Positions 34,385-43,421 of a stretch of 64,000 bases of DNA are shown piece by piece. Position 1 is the stretch's first letter, and each line of letters opens with the position of its first letter. This stretch comes from an uncultured Rhabdothermincola sp. Its GTDB lineage: Bacteria; Actinomycetota; Acidimicrobiia; Acidimicrobiales; Acidimicrobilacustridaceae. Position numbers and translations under genes: made by a program. The DNA lies in contig CAZGEF010000002.1 in NCBI GenBank assembly GCA_964525005.1, positions 183 through 64,182 on the forward strand. The letters run 5' to 3'. Below the pieces are notes generated by a model. The model did not search any database. It was not told where the DNA came from and worked only from the letters and a program-made list of their open reading frames with translations.

Positions 34385-34869
34385 GTCCGGCCGTCCAGAA
34401 GAATTTCTCGCTGCGGGTCGTTCCTGTCAGGCCATGGCGACCAGCCCCACCGACGCGCCCCACCCGAGCCGACCAACCCCACCTGTTCAGCCAGCCGCCA
34501 TGAGCAACGAAGCCCCGGCCGCGGATCGGCGGGGGGGGACCCGCCGCCCCGACCCGGTCGCGTGCCGCAGCCACGACGCGCCGAGCGCGGCAGACCTCAG
34601 CAAGCTGCTCCAGCAACGAACCGGCAAGAGTGGCGAACAGACCGCGAAGACCCGGCCCACCACCGACCCCCGTCCACGACGAGAGCTCGTCGAGCAAACG
34701 GCGCACCCAACCGGCGACCTCGGGGCGGGGGGTGACCGGTGGACCGCAAGTGAGGCGCGCAGCGACGAAGGAGCGAAGCCCCGAACGCGGATCCGCCGGG
34801 CAGGACCCGCCGCCCCGACCTCACCCGGTCAGCGCGAGCCGCAGCTACGACGCGCCGAGGAGCCCGGCG
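34385..34869 (+). mobile_element. Internally deleted (non-autonomous-looking) copy of the DUF222-HNH element
   Basis: L' is 34385-34440 (roughly 85% identical to L, one indel). It is followed directly by the last ~60 nt of the HNH ORF and J' at 34483-34523 (40/41 identical). Next come a 5'-truncated diverged R at 34524-34590, ~170 nt of unique sequence, and a full R at 34760-34869. About 1.6 kb of coding sequence is missing. Confidence 0.6.
34760..34869. repeat. Terminal repeat R, copy B; overlaps the last 8 codons and stop of the PfkB kinase gene
   Basis: See copy A. The minus strand reads ..AGLLGAS-stop, which is the real C-terminus of the gene at 34845-35861. Confidence 0.85.
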
Positions 34870-35861
34870 TCGGTGGCCAGCTGCTCGAGGGAGACCTGGG
34901 GGCGGGCGCCGATGTGGGAGATCACCTCGGCCGCGGCGAGCGAACCGAGCTCGGCGGCGCGCCGCAGGCCCAGGCCGTGGGTGTAGCCGTAGAGGAAGCC
35001 GCCCGCGTAGAGGTCGCCGGCGCCGGTGGTGTCCACCACCTCGTCGACCGGCGAAGCCGGCACCTCGATGCGCTCATCACCCGACACGATGACCGAGCCG
35101 TGCTCGCTCCGGGTCAGGCAGGTGACCTCGACGACCTCGGCGATGCGGTCGGCGGCCACCCGCCAGTCGTCGACCTCGTAGAGCGAGAGGATCTCGGCCT
35201 CGTTGGCGAAGAGCACGTCGACGTGGTCGCGCACGAGGTCGACGAACTCGGCACGGTGGCGGTCGACGCAGAACGCGTCGGACAGCGTGAACGACACCTT
35301 GCCCCCGCTGGCGTGAGCGACCTCCATCGCCTTGACGATGGCCGCCTTGGTGAGCGGAAGGTCCCACAGGTAGCCCTCGCAGTAGACCACCTGCGCAGCG
35401 GCGACGAGCACCTCGTCCACGTCATCGGGCTCGATGAGCCCGGCCACGCCGAGGAAGGTGTTCATGGTGCGCTGGGCGTCGGGCGTGACGAGCACCAGGC
35501 AACGACCCGTGCCCAGCGGATCGTCGAGGGTGCGGACCGGATCGAAGTGCACACCAGCGGCGCGCACGTCGTGGGTGAACACCTGGCCCAGCTCGTCGGT
35601 GGCCACCTGACCGACGAAGCCGACCGAGCCGCCGAGCGACGCCATGCCGGCCACCGTGTTGGCGGCGCTGCCGCCCGAGACCTCCGTGGCCGGCGGCATG
35701 TCGTCGTAGATGGCGTGCGCCGCCCCGGAATCGATGAGTGCCATCGACCCCTTGACCATGCCGTGCCGGTCGATGAACCCGTCGTCGGTCCGAGCGATCA
35801 CGTCGACGATCGCGTTGCCGACGGCCACGACGTCGTAGGTCTTCTCGCTGTTCTGCGCCAT
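34845..35861 (-). CDS. PfkB-family carbohydrate/nucleoside kinase, adenosine-kinase-like
   Basis: Starts MAQNSEKTYDVVAVGNAIVDVI, with EVSGGSAANT and C-terminal DTTGAGDLYAGGFLYG (PfkB signature 2). Confidence 0.85.
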   Translation of the reverse strand: MAQNSEKTYDVVAVGNAIVDVIARTDDGFIDRHGMVKGSMALIDSGAAHAIYDDMPPATEVSGGSAANTVAGMASLGGSVGFVGQVATDELGQVFTHDVRAAGVHFDPVRTLDDPLGTGRCLVLVTPDAQRTMNTFLGVAGLIEPDDVDEVLVAAAQVVYCEGYLWDLPLTKAAIVKAMEVAHASGGKVSFTLSDAFCVDRHRAEFVDLVRDHVDVLFANEAEILSLYEVDDWRVAADRIAEVVEVTCLTRSEHGSVIVSGDERIEVPASPVDEVVDTTGAGDLYAGGFLYGYTHGLGLRRAAELGSLAAAEVISHIGARPQVSLEQLATDAGLLGAS

Positions 35862-36066
35862 GGATCGGTCCCACTCCTCAGTCGACAACCGGACGACCCT
35901 AGTCACCAGGGCCGACCGCGGTGATCATGACCGACGGTGGACCGATGGCGACTGGCGCACCGCCGACCCGTCACACGACGGTGATGCCTGCCTTCAGCGC
36001 ACCGGCCCGCTGCCGATCGTCGAAGGTCACCAATGCGCCGTCGAGCGCGCCGGTAAGGTCCCCGCC

Positions 36067-38781
36067 ATGACCGATGCCTCGAGTCTTCCCGCCGCTGACG
36101 CTGCCGATCCGTACCGCCTTCCCCGGACCGTGCTGCCGAGCCGGTACGACATCACGATCGAGCCCGATCTCGACGACGCCTCGTTCGTGGGCACGTCGGT
36201 CACGACGGTCGACGTGCTCGAGACCACGAACACCTTCGTGCTCAACGCCATCGAGCTCGACATCACCACGGCATGGCTCGAGGACGCCGACGGCAACCGC
36301 TACGAACGCGAGCTGGTCACCCTCGACGAGGACACCGAGCGGCTCACCATCGAGTTCGGCGTCGAGGCCACGCCTGGGCCATGGACGATCCACACCGCGT
36401 TCACCGGCATCCTCAACGACAAGCTGCACGGCTTCTACCGCAGCACGTTCACCGACACCGACGGGGTCGATCAGACCATCGCCACCACGCAGTTCGAGGC
36501 CACCGACGCCCGTCGCGCCTTCCCCTGCTGGGACGAGCCCGAGCTCAAAGCGGTGTTCGGCGTGACCCTGATCGTCCCGGCGGAGCTCACCGCGGTGTCC
36601 AACGCCGCCGAGATCGACCGCACCCTCCGCGACGACGGCAAGGCCGTCGTTCGGTTCGCCGACACCATGAAGATGTCCACCTACCTGGTGGCCTTCGTCG
36701 TCGGCCCGCTCGACGTCACCGACCCCGTCGACGTCGGCGGCATCCCCCTGCGCATCGTGCACCCGCGGGGCAAGGACCACCTCACGGCGTGGGCGCTCGA
36801 GGTCGGCGCGTTCACCCTGGACTTCTTCGCCGACTACTACGGCATCCCCTACCCGGGCGACAAGCTCGACCTCGTCGCCGTGCCCGACTTCGCGTTCGGT
36901 GCCATGGAGAACCTGGGCTGCGTCACCTTCCGCGAGGTGGCCCTGCTCGTCGACCCCGACAGCGCGACCCAAGACGAGCTCCAGCGGGTCACCGACGTCA
37001 TCACCCACGAGCTGGCCCACATGTGGTTCGGCGACCTCGTCACCATGAAGTGGTGGAACGGCATCTGGCTGAACGAGGCGTTCGCCACGTTCATGGAGAT
37101 GCTGGCCACCGACGCCTTCCGCCCCGAGTGGGACCGCTGGTCGACCTTCGGCCTGTCACGCACCGCGGCGTTCGACGTCGACTCGCTGGGCACCACCCGT
37201 CCCATCGAGTTCCCCGTGGTGTCGCCCGACGAGGCCGAGGGGATGTTCGACATCCTCACCTACGAGAAGGGCGCCGCGGTCGTCCGGATGCTCGAGCAGT
37301 ACCTGGGTGCCGAGGTGTTCCGTGACGGCATCCGCAGCTACCTGGCCGAGCACGCCTACGGGAACACCGAGACCACCGACCTGTGGGATGCGATCGAGGC
37401 CGCCAGCGGCGAGCCGGTCCGCCGGATCATGGACTCGTGGATCTTCCAGGGCGGCTATCCGCTCATCAGCGTCGAGGTCGTCGACGACGGCGACACGCTG
37501 CGGCTCAGCCAGGAGCGCTTCGCCTACGCCGACGACATCGACGGCGATGCCGACCCCACCACCGTCGAGGGCGAGCGATGGTCGGTGCCCGTCCTGCTCA
37601 CCGTCGCCTACCCCGGCGCCACCGCCGACGGTCAGCCGCTCGACCGCGGCGCCGATGCCGACGCTGACGGCGGCGACGCCGTCAGTGTCGAGCGCGTGCT
37701 CGTCGAGGACGAGACCCACGACATCGACCTGTTCGAGGCGATCGAGTGGACCTTCGTCAACACCCAGAGCACCGGCTTCTATCGGGTCCGCTACGCGTCC
37801 GGCCTCCTCGAGGCGATCACCAACCGGGCCCAGGAGGTCCTCTCGCCCATCGAGCGCTACAGCCTCGTCGACGACGCCTGGTCCGCCGTGCTCGCCGACG
37901 CCATGAGCGCCGAGGCCTTCCTCGAGCTCATCGAGACCTTCGGGGCCGAGACCGACCTGTCGGTGTGGCAGCGGATCATCGGTGCCATCGGGTCGCTCGA
38001 CCGCATCCTCGACGACGGCGAGTATCCCCGCGACGCCGCGACCGACGACAGCGACGCCCGCGTCGCGTTCCAGAGCCGGATACGGGCGCTGCTGCGCCAG
38101 CCCTTCGACCGGCTCGGCGTCACCCCTTCCGACGACGACACCGAGCGCGATCGCAGCCTGCGGGGTGCGCTGTTCCAGGCGCTCGGCACCACGGCGGTCG
38201 ACGAGGAGGTGCGGATCATGGCCCGCGACCTGCACGCACGGGCAACCGCTGACGGCGCGCCGACCGACGCCGTCGACCCCGCGCTGTTCGCCGCGTCCAT
38301 CGCGGTCATCGCGGCGAGTGGCGGCGAGGCCGACTTCGAGGCCTTCCTCGCCCGGGCCAAGGCGGCGACCAACCCCCAGGAGGAGCAGCGCTACCAGACC
38401 GCGCTCGCCGACTTCGACGAGGGAGAGCTCGTGGCGCGAGTGCTCCAGCTGTGCCTGACCGACGACATCCGCAGCCAGGACGCGCCGTACCTCATCCGCC
38501 GCGTGCTGTGGAACCGCGAGCATGCCGGCGAGGCCTGGGTCTTCGTCATGGAGAACTGGGACGCGCTCAACGCCCGGTTCCCGTCCAACAGCATCGTGCG
38601 CATGCTCGAAGGCATCCGAGCGCTCTCGATGCCGCAGGTGGCGCCGTCCGTCTTCACGTTCTTCGAGGACCACGACGTCCCCCAGGGCGATCGCCAGCTC
38701 GCCCAGCACCTCGAACGCCTCGAGGTCAACGTGGCGCTGCGCAACCGCGAGACCGCACGGTTCACCCACGCGCTCACATGA
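36067..38781 (+). CDS. pepN: Aminopeptidase N (M1 family)
   Basis: Contains the FGAMENLG exopeptidase motif and HELAHMWFGDLVTMKWWNGIWLNEAF (HExxH-18-E). Starts MTDASSLPAADAADPYRLP. Confidence 0.93.
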   Translation: MTDASSLPAADAADPYRLPRTVLPSRYDITIEPDLDDASFVGTSVTTVDVLETTNTFVLNAIELDITTAWLEDADGNRYERELVTLDEDTERLTIEFGVEATPGPWTIHTAFTGILNDKLHGFYRSTFTDTDGVDQTIATTQFEATDARRAFPCWDEPELKAVFGVTLIVPAELTAVSNAAEIDRTLRDDGKAVVRFADTMKMSTYLVAFVVGPLDVTDPVDVGGIPLRIVHPRGKDHLTAWALEVGAFTLDFFADYYGIPYPGDKLDLVAVPDFAFGAMENLGCVTFREVALLVDPDSATQDELQRVTDVITHELAHMWFGDLVTMKWWNGIWLNEAFATFMEMLATDAFRPEWDRWSTFGLSRTAAFDVDSLGTTRPIEFPVVSPDEAEGMFDILTYEKGAAVVRMLEQYLGAEVFRDGIRSYLAEHAYGNTETTDLWDAIEAASGEPVRRIMDSWIFQGGYPLISVEVVDDGDTLRLSQERFAYADDIDGDADPTTVEGERWSVPVLLTVAYPGATADGQPLDRGADADADGGDAVSVERVLVEDETHDIDLFEAIEWTFVNTQSTGFYRVRYASGLLEAITNRAQEVLSPIERYSLVDDAWSAVLADAMSAEAFLELIETFGAETDLSVWQRIIGAIGSLDRILDDGEYPRDAATDDSDARVAFQSRIRALLRQPFDRLGVTPSDDDTERDRSLRGALFQALGTTAVDEEVRIMARDLHARATADGAPTDAVDPALFAASIAVIAASGGEADFEAFLARAKAATNPQEEQRYQTALADFDEGELVARVLQLCLTDDIRSQDAPYLIRRVLWNREHAGEAWVFVMENWDALNARFPSNSIVRMLEGIRALSMPQVAPSVFTFFEDHDVPQGDRQLAQHLERLEVNVALRNRETARFTHALT

Positions 38782-38830
38782 TGTCGGCCCACAACCGGCA
38801 CCCGCCGATCAGACGGCCAGGACGCTCCCG

Positions 38831-40069
38831 CTAGGCCACGCCCACGAGGACGATGCCGACGATGAGCGAGATCGCGCCCACGAGGTCCATCGTCGACGTG
38901 AGCAGCGGGATCCCGTAGTTGTCGGGGTCGAGGCCGAGCCGATAGGTGACGATGCTGCCGTAGTAGGCGACGACGATGGCCACCGCCGTGGAGATCCCCC
39001 CGCCGATGAGCGCGATGCCCACCATCTGGAGCACGCCCGGGCTCTCGTAGCCGAACAGGAGGGCGGCCACCTCCGAGGACAACGCGACCAGCGTGAACAC
39101 GGGCACCGCGAGGATGGCGATCATGGCGAAGTCGTCGCGCGCGGCACGCTGCGGTCTCGCCCGGGGCTCGATGACCCCCAGGTGCAGCTTCGAGTTGAGC
39201 CGGCTCGACAGCACCCCGCCCAGCGCCCCCGTGTCCTCGAGGAAGGGCGGGACCATCACCAGCAGGGCGGGGAAGGCGAGGAAGGTCTCGAGCTGATGCT
39301 CGATGGTCAGGCCGGCAACGATGTCGACCGAGCCCGCCACGAGCAGGATGGGCAACGACTCGCGGGTGATCCGGCGAGCCAGCTGGTGCCGGGACCGCCA
39401 GCCCACCACGAGGGCCCCGATCGCCGCCAGGGCGCACACCACGGCGACGGCCACCGTCACCCCACCGAAGCCGACGAGGAACGTGGCCAGGAACAACGAG
39501 GGCAGCGTCACCATGTCACCCGCGGCCGTCACCAGCGGTGCGGCCACGTTGTCCATGTCCCACCCCCGTCGCACCGACAGTGCGGCAACGCCCAGCGTGA
39601 GCGCGAGCACGACGATCGACGAGAGGATGCCACCGACCACCGAGATCACCATGAAGTCGACCAACGAGATCGTCTCGGAGACGCCGAACAACGTGGCGAT
39701 CGACTTCGCCAGCACCGCCAGCGCAGCGCTGATCGACAGGGTCAGCACGACGGCCGACGCCAGGTTCTGCCCGACGACCGTGTCGCGACGGGTCGACAAG
39801 CGGAAGGTGCCCGTGTGGATCGACGTGCCGAGCCGGCTGCCGAGTGCCCCGAAGATGTTCCCCCGCATGCCGATGGCGGCAGGGACCAGCACGAGGAGTC
39901 CCGGCAGCGCCTCCAGGGTGCCGGTGATGGCGCCGAGGGTGAGGCCGGCGAGGAGGTCTCCGCTGGAGGAGACCAGGAGCGCGGCGAGGGCCTGGCGTAG
40001 ACCGGCTACGTCAGAGGCAGCAGCTGCGCGTAGGCGCGCGCCGAAGCGGGAGAGGGGTCGCACGGGCAT
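38831..40069 (-). CDS. Divalent-cation transporter with duplicated MgtE-type membrane domain (SLC41-like); lacks MgtE N/CBS domains
   Basis: Two homologous halves: LPGLLVLVPAAIGMRGNIFGALGSRLGTSIHTG and FPALLVMVPPFLEDTGALGGVLSSRLNSKLHLG. About 10 TM segments. Confidence 0.8.
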   Translation of the reverse strand: MPVRPLSRFGARLRAAAASDVAGLRQALAALLVSSSGDLLAGLTLGAITGTLEALPGLLVLVPAAIGMRGNIFGALGSRLGTSIHTGTFRLSTRRDTVVGQNLASAVVLTLSISAALAVLAKSIATLFGVSETISLVDFMVISVVGGILSSIVVLALTLGVAALSVRRGWDMDNVAAPLVTAAGDMVTLPSLFLATFLVGFGGVTVAVAVVCALAAIGALVVGWRSRHQLARRITRESLPILLVAGSVDIVAGLTIEHQLETFLAFPALLVMVPPFLEDTGALGGVLSSRLNSKLHLGVIEPRARPQRAARDDFAMIAILAVPVFTLVALSSEVAALLFGYESPGVLQMVGIALIGGGISTAVAIVVAYYGSIVTYRLGLDPDNYGIPLLTSTMDLVGAISLIVGIVLVGVA

Positions 40070-40162
40070 GGGCGACTAGGAGGCTCCGACTTGGCGACTG
40101 ACACGGCCGGCACCTTACACGGGAGGCCAAGGAGCCCAAATTGTGTCGATCTGGGGGTCCCG

Positions 40163-40201
40163 GCGCCGGGTAAGAGCGCCGGGTCAGGGCGCCGGGTCAG
40201 G
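40163..40201. repeat. 13-bp x3 tandem repeat (gcgccgggtNagN) covering the stop codon of the upstream minus-strand gene
   Basis: gcgccgggtaaga / gcgccgggtcagg / gcgccgggtcagg, followed by a partial fourth unit. It lies adjacent to the 12-bp palindrome cccggcgccggg (40159-40170). Confidence 0.8.
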
Positions 40202-41882
40202 GCGCCGGAGACGCCGATGCCGAGGGCAGAGGCGGGAGGCTGGCCAGCACCGTGGCATGGCGCGAGAGGCGACGGTCGTGGCGCCACGCGGCGAGCCGCT
40301 GGGCGCCGTAGGCCGAGCTGCCGATGAGGAAGACCACACCGAGGCCGAGCAGGTGCTGGTAGCGGTAGAGGTCGATCACCGGAGCGACGCTGGTGGGCCA
40401 CACCAGCAGGCACAGCGCGAACGTGACGACCAGGTACGACGGGCGGTAGCGGCCGAGCCCGCTCGCGGCGAGCAGCGCGAAGCCCGCCGGCATGTACCAG
40501 GGCCACAGCACCGGCCCGAGCAGGATCACGATGAACATCACGAGACCGACCGACCGCACCAGACCGATGCGGGGCGAGCGCAAGAGGATGAACAGCGACA
40601 GGAGCCCCGACAGCAGCACGCCGCTGAGCCGCGTGAGGCTGACGACGAACGACTCGTCCACCGGGATGCCCGCGCTGCGCAGCACATCGGCGGACACGAA
40701 GCCCAGCTTCGTGGTGAGCGAGAACGTCGACAGGATCTTCCCGGTCCCCGACAGCGCGGTGATCCACCCGACACCGACCCCGACGACGCGACAGAGCACG
40801 ACGACGATGACGCCACCGGCGAGGCAGACCATCGCGGTGTCGCGCATCCGTCGCCACAACGACACCCCGCTGGTCCCCGACCAGACCCAGCCCACGAAGA
40901 GCAGACCCGCGCCGGCGGGAAGCTTGATGGCCATCGCCATGGCGAGCAGCACGACCCCGAGCCACCGCCAGCCTCGGCGCACCGCGGCCAGGCCCACCGC
41001 CAAGAACCCGAGCATGAGCGCATCGTTGTGGCTTCCGCCGACCAGGTGGAGCAGCACGAGCGGGTTGGCGACACCGATGGCGACCGCCGTCGCCATCGAC
41101 AGCCGGTAGCTGCGCGCGATCACGGCGACGCCCACCGCCGTCATCGCCACGCCCAGCACCGCGAGGCCCCGGAACACCCAGATGGCGTTCGAGGGGTCGT
41201 GACCGGTGAGGTCGACGGCCCACTCCGACAGCTGGATCCACACCGGTCCGTAGGGCGCCGGCGAGTTGCGCCACACCGGATCGGCCGGCGAGAGGAAGTC
41301 GCCGCGACCGAGGTAGACGGGACCGTGAGCGGTCGGATCGATGCCGCGGCTCGCCAACTCCCCCTGGGCGGCGTAGCTGTAGGCGTCGTTGCTCAGCAGC
41401 GGAGGGGCGAGCGCGAGCGGGACCGCCCAGATCACGAGCACGGCGGCGACCATCACGAGGCGGCGCCGCTCGGTCCACCGCTGACGCTCGGAGCGGCCGA
41501 TGAGCCCGATCCAGCCCAGCGCGAGGAGGACCACGCCGATCAGGAACGTCCAGATGCTGAAGGTCGAGTCACCGGGATGGTCGATCCCCGGGAGGGTGAG
41601 GCGCCAGCCCGGTGCGGCGAGTCGCCAGACCGGTGCCGACGCCGAGATCACCAGCGAACCGACCAGCCCGCTCATCGTCGACAGGGCGAGGACGTAGTGC
41701 CGCGGCAACCATCCGGCGCTGGTGTGGGGATCGGGCAGCGGCGGCGGCGCCTGAGGCTGGATCTCTTCGTCGTCGGGCCCGAAGATCAGCGTGGGGACCT
41801 GCTCGGTGGCGAAGCGCCGCAGCCGACCGGGCCCCGATGCGGGCGTCTCGGACGGAGTGGGATCGGGGGCGAGGGTGGTCAC
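40197..41882 (-). CDS. GT-C family membrane glycosyltransferase, polyprenol-phosphomannose-dependent alpha-(1,6)-mannosyltransferase (MptB/DUF2029)-like
   Basis: Polytopic, with PPLLSNDAYSYAAQGELASRGIDP...NSPAPYGPVW, characteristic of the MptB-type loop. The start is set at GTG 41882. The upstream part of track ORF 40197..42434 is antisense to the next gene. Confidence 0.78.
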   Translation of the reverse strand: MTTLAPDPTPSETPASGPGRLRRFATEQVPTLIFGPDDEEIQPQAPPPLPDPHTSAGWLPRHYVLALSTMSGLVGSLVISASAPVWRLAAPGWRLTLPGIDHPGDSTFSIWTFLIGVVLLALGWIGLIGRSERQRWTERRRLVMVAAVLVIWAVPLALAPPLLSNDAYSYAAQGELASRGIDPTAHGPVYLGRGDFLSPADPVWRNSPAPYGPVWIQLSEWAVDLTGHDPSNAIWVFRGLAVLGVAMTAVGVAVIARSYRLSMATAVAIGVANPLVLLHLVGGSHNDALMLGFLAVGLAAVRRGWRWLGVVLLAMAMAIKLPAGAGLLFVGWVWSGTSGVSLWRRMRDTAMVCLAGGVIVVVLCRVVGVGVGWITALSGTGKILSTFSLTTKLGFVSADVLRSAGIPVDESFVVSLTRLSGVLLSGLLSLFILLRSPRIGLVRSVGLVMFIVILLGPVLWPWYMPAGFALLAASGLGRYRPSYLVVTFALCLLVWPTSVAPVIDLYRYQHLLGLGVVFLIGSSAYGAQRLAAWRHDRRLSRHATVLASLPPLPSASASPAP

Positions 41883-42036
41883 AGCGTGGGTGCAGGTGGT
41901 GGTGTCGGGACCGCGGGTGGGGCCCACCGCGGACCGCCGCCAGGCCGACAGCTGATGGCGACCATCGGTCGGAGCCTGCCACGGTACCGCAGAGCCCGGA
42001 CCCGTCTCCCGCGCCGCAGCCCGGTACGTTGTGCCC

Positions 42037-43242
42037 ATGCGGACCACCCTGCGCCCCTCGACCACCTCACCTGCCGCGGGATCTGCCGAGCGACGTGCGT
42101 CGGGCACCGTCGGGTTCGCGGTCGTGGCCCTGGTGGTGCTGGTGGTGCTGGGAGCAGCGCTCGTCCCGTCCGCCCCCACACCGCTCAGCGCGACCGAAGC
42201 CGGTGCGGCAGCGCCCGAGGTCACGCGCATCACCGAGGGGATCCCCGAGGGCGGCTCCCCCACCGGCATCGCCGTCGGCCCCGACGACCGGCTGTGGTTC
42301 ACGCTGCACGGCACCGACGAGATCGCATCCCTGTCCCCGACGGGGGTCGTCACCACCTTCCCGGTCGGGGACCTCGCCGACTCGCTCCCCACCGACATCA
42401 CCGCGGGACCCGACGGCAACCTCTGGTTCACCACCTACACGACCGCGCTGGGCCGCATCACGACCTCGGGCACCGTCACCCTGTTCACGACGGGTTTCCC
42501 CGACGGCGCCAAGACCGAGAGCATCACCGCCGGTCCCGACGGCCGCCTCTGGTTCACCATGGTGGCGCTGGCGGGCGATGCGGCCCTCGGAGCGATCACC
42601 ACCGACGGCGTCGTCACCACCTACTCCGACGGGATGACCGTCGGGGCCCGTCCCGTCGACATCACCTCGGGTCCCGACGGGAACCTGTGGTTCACCGAGT
42701 ACTTCAACGGGGCCATCGGCCGGATCACGCCCGACGGCGCCATCACCGAGCTCACCGACGGCATCTCGCCCGACTCGCACCTGTTCGGCATCACCAGCGG
42801 ACCCGACGGCAACCTGTGGTTCACCGCCTCGGTCGACGACCGGGTCGGCCGCATCACCCCCGACGGTGTCGTCACCGAGCTCTCCGCCGGCATACCGGCC
42901 GGCTCCTCCCCCACCGCCATCGCCGTCGGACCGGACGGCGCGCTGTGGGCGACGCTGCGTGACGGCACGGGGGTCATCCGGATAGCGACCGACGGCACCA
43001 TCACCCCCTTCACGGGACTCGTCGCCCCCGACGCCGTGCTCGCCGACATCGTCGGCGGTCCCGACGGCAACGTCTGGTTCACCGAGGCCAACGGCAACAG
43101 CGTCGACCGCCTGGTGCTGGTCCCCGACCCGGATCCCACCTCCACCTCCACCTCGACCTCGACCTCCACCTCCACGTCGTCGAGCCCCTCGGCGACCGCG
43201 CCGAGCGGTGCCCGAACCACCACGCCGCGCTACACCGGCTGA
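42037..43242 (+). CDS. Membrane-anchored or secreted 7-bladed beta-propeller protein, virginiamycin B lyase (Vgb)-like repeats
   Basis: Seven repeats of the GPDGNLWFT(E)...IGRITPDG type after an N-terminal TM/signal anchor (VGFAVVALVVLVVLGAALV). The C-terminal tail is PDPDP-(TS)n. Confidence 0.78.
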   Translation: MRTTLRPSTTSPAAGSAERRASGTVGFAVVALVVLVVLGAALVPSAPTPLSATEAGAAAPEVTRITEGIPEGGSPTGIAVGPDDRLWFTLHGTDEIASLSPTGVVTTFPVGDLADSLPTDITAGPDGNLWFTTYTTALGRITTSGTVTLFTTGFPDGAKTESITAGPDGRLWFTMVALAGDAALGAITTDGVVTTYSDGMTVGARPVDITSGPDGNLWFTEYFNGAIGRITPDGAITELTDGISPDSHLFGITSGPDGNLWFTASVDDRVGRITPDGVVTELSAGIPAGSSPTAIAVGPDGALWATLRDGTGVIRIATDGTITPFTGLVAPDAVLADIVGGPDGNVWFTEANGNSVDRLVLVPDPDPTSTSTSTSTSTSTSSSPSATAPSGARTTTPRYTG

Positions 43243-43421
43243 CATCCGACGCGGATCGTGAACCTCGCCGACAAGACCTCGCCCGGAGCCACCGTCGCAA
43301 GGTCGGCGAGCTCCAACGGTCGGTGCACGGTCCTCGATGTCGGCACCCGAGCGGGATCGGACCTCCGGGCCCGAGGCACCGACCATGCCCAGCCCGGACG
43401 ACCCGACCTCGGCGCCCGCGG

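Noticed and set aside
34359-34706. 115-aa minus-strand ORF inside the deleted element copy (MRRLLDELSSWTGVGGGPGLRGLF...)
   Set aside because: Most of it is the reverse translation of repeat and junction sequence and is Gly/Arg-rich. There is no RBS and no recognisable domain. It may include a relic of an older gene end, but that cannot be supported.
32165-34869. Interpreting the two R repeats as attL/attR of a classical integrated prophage or ICE
   Set aside because: No integrase, recombinase, excisionase, or phage or conjugation gene lies between them. The content is a PrsW cassette with host-like composition plus the deleted element copy. The repeats are better explained as termini of the DUF222-HNH element or as a segmental duplication.
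40070-40196. Mg2+-sensing M-box riboswitch upstream of the MgtE-type transporter
   Set aside because: The 127-nt leader is too short, and it is dominated by the 13-bp repeats and a GC palindrome. No M-box-like multi-helix core is recognisable.
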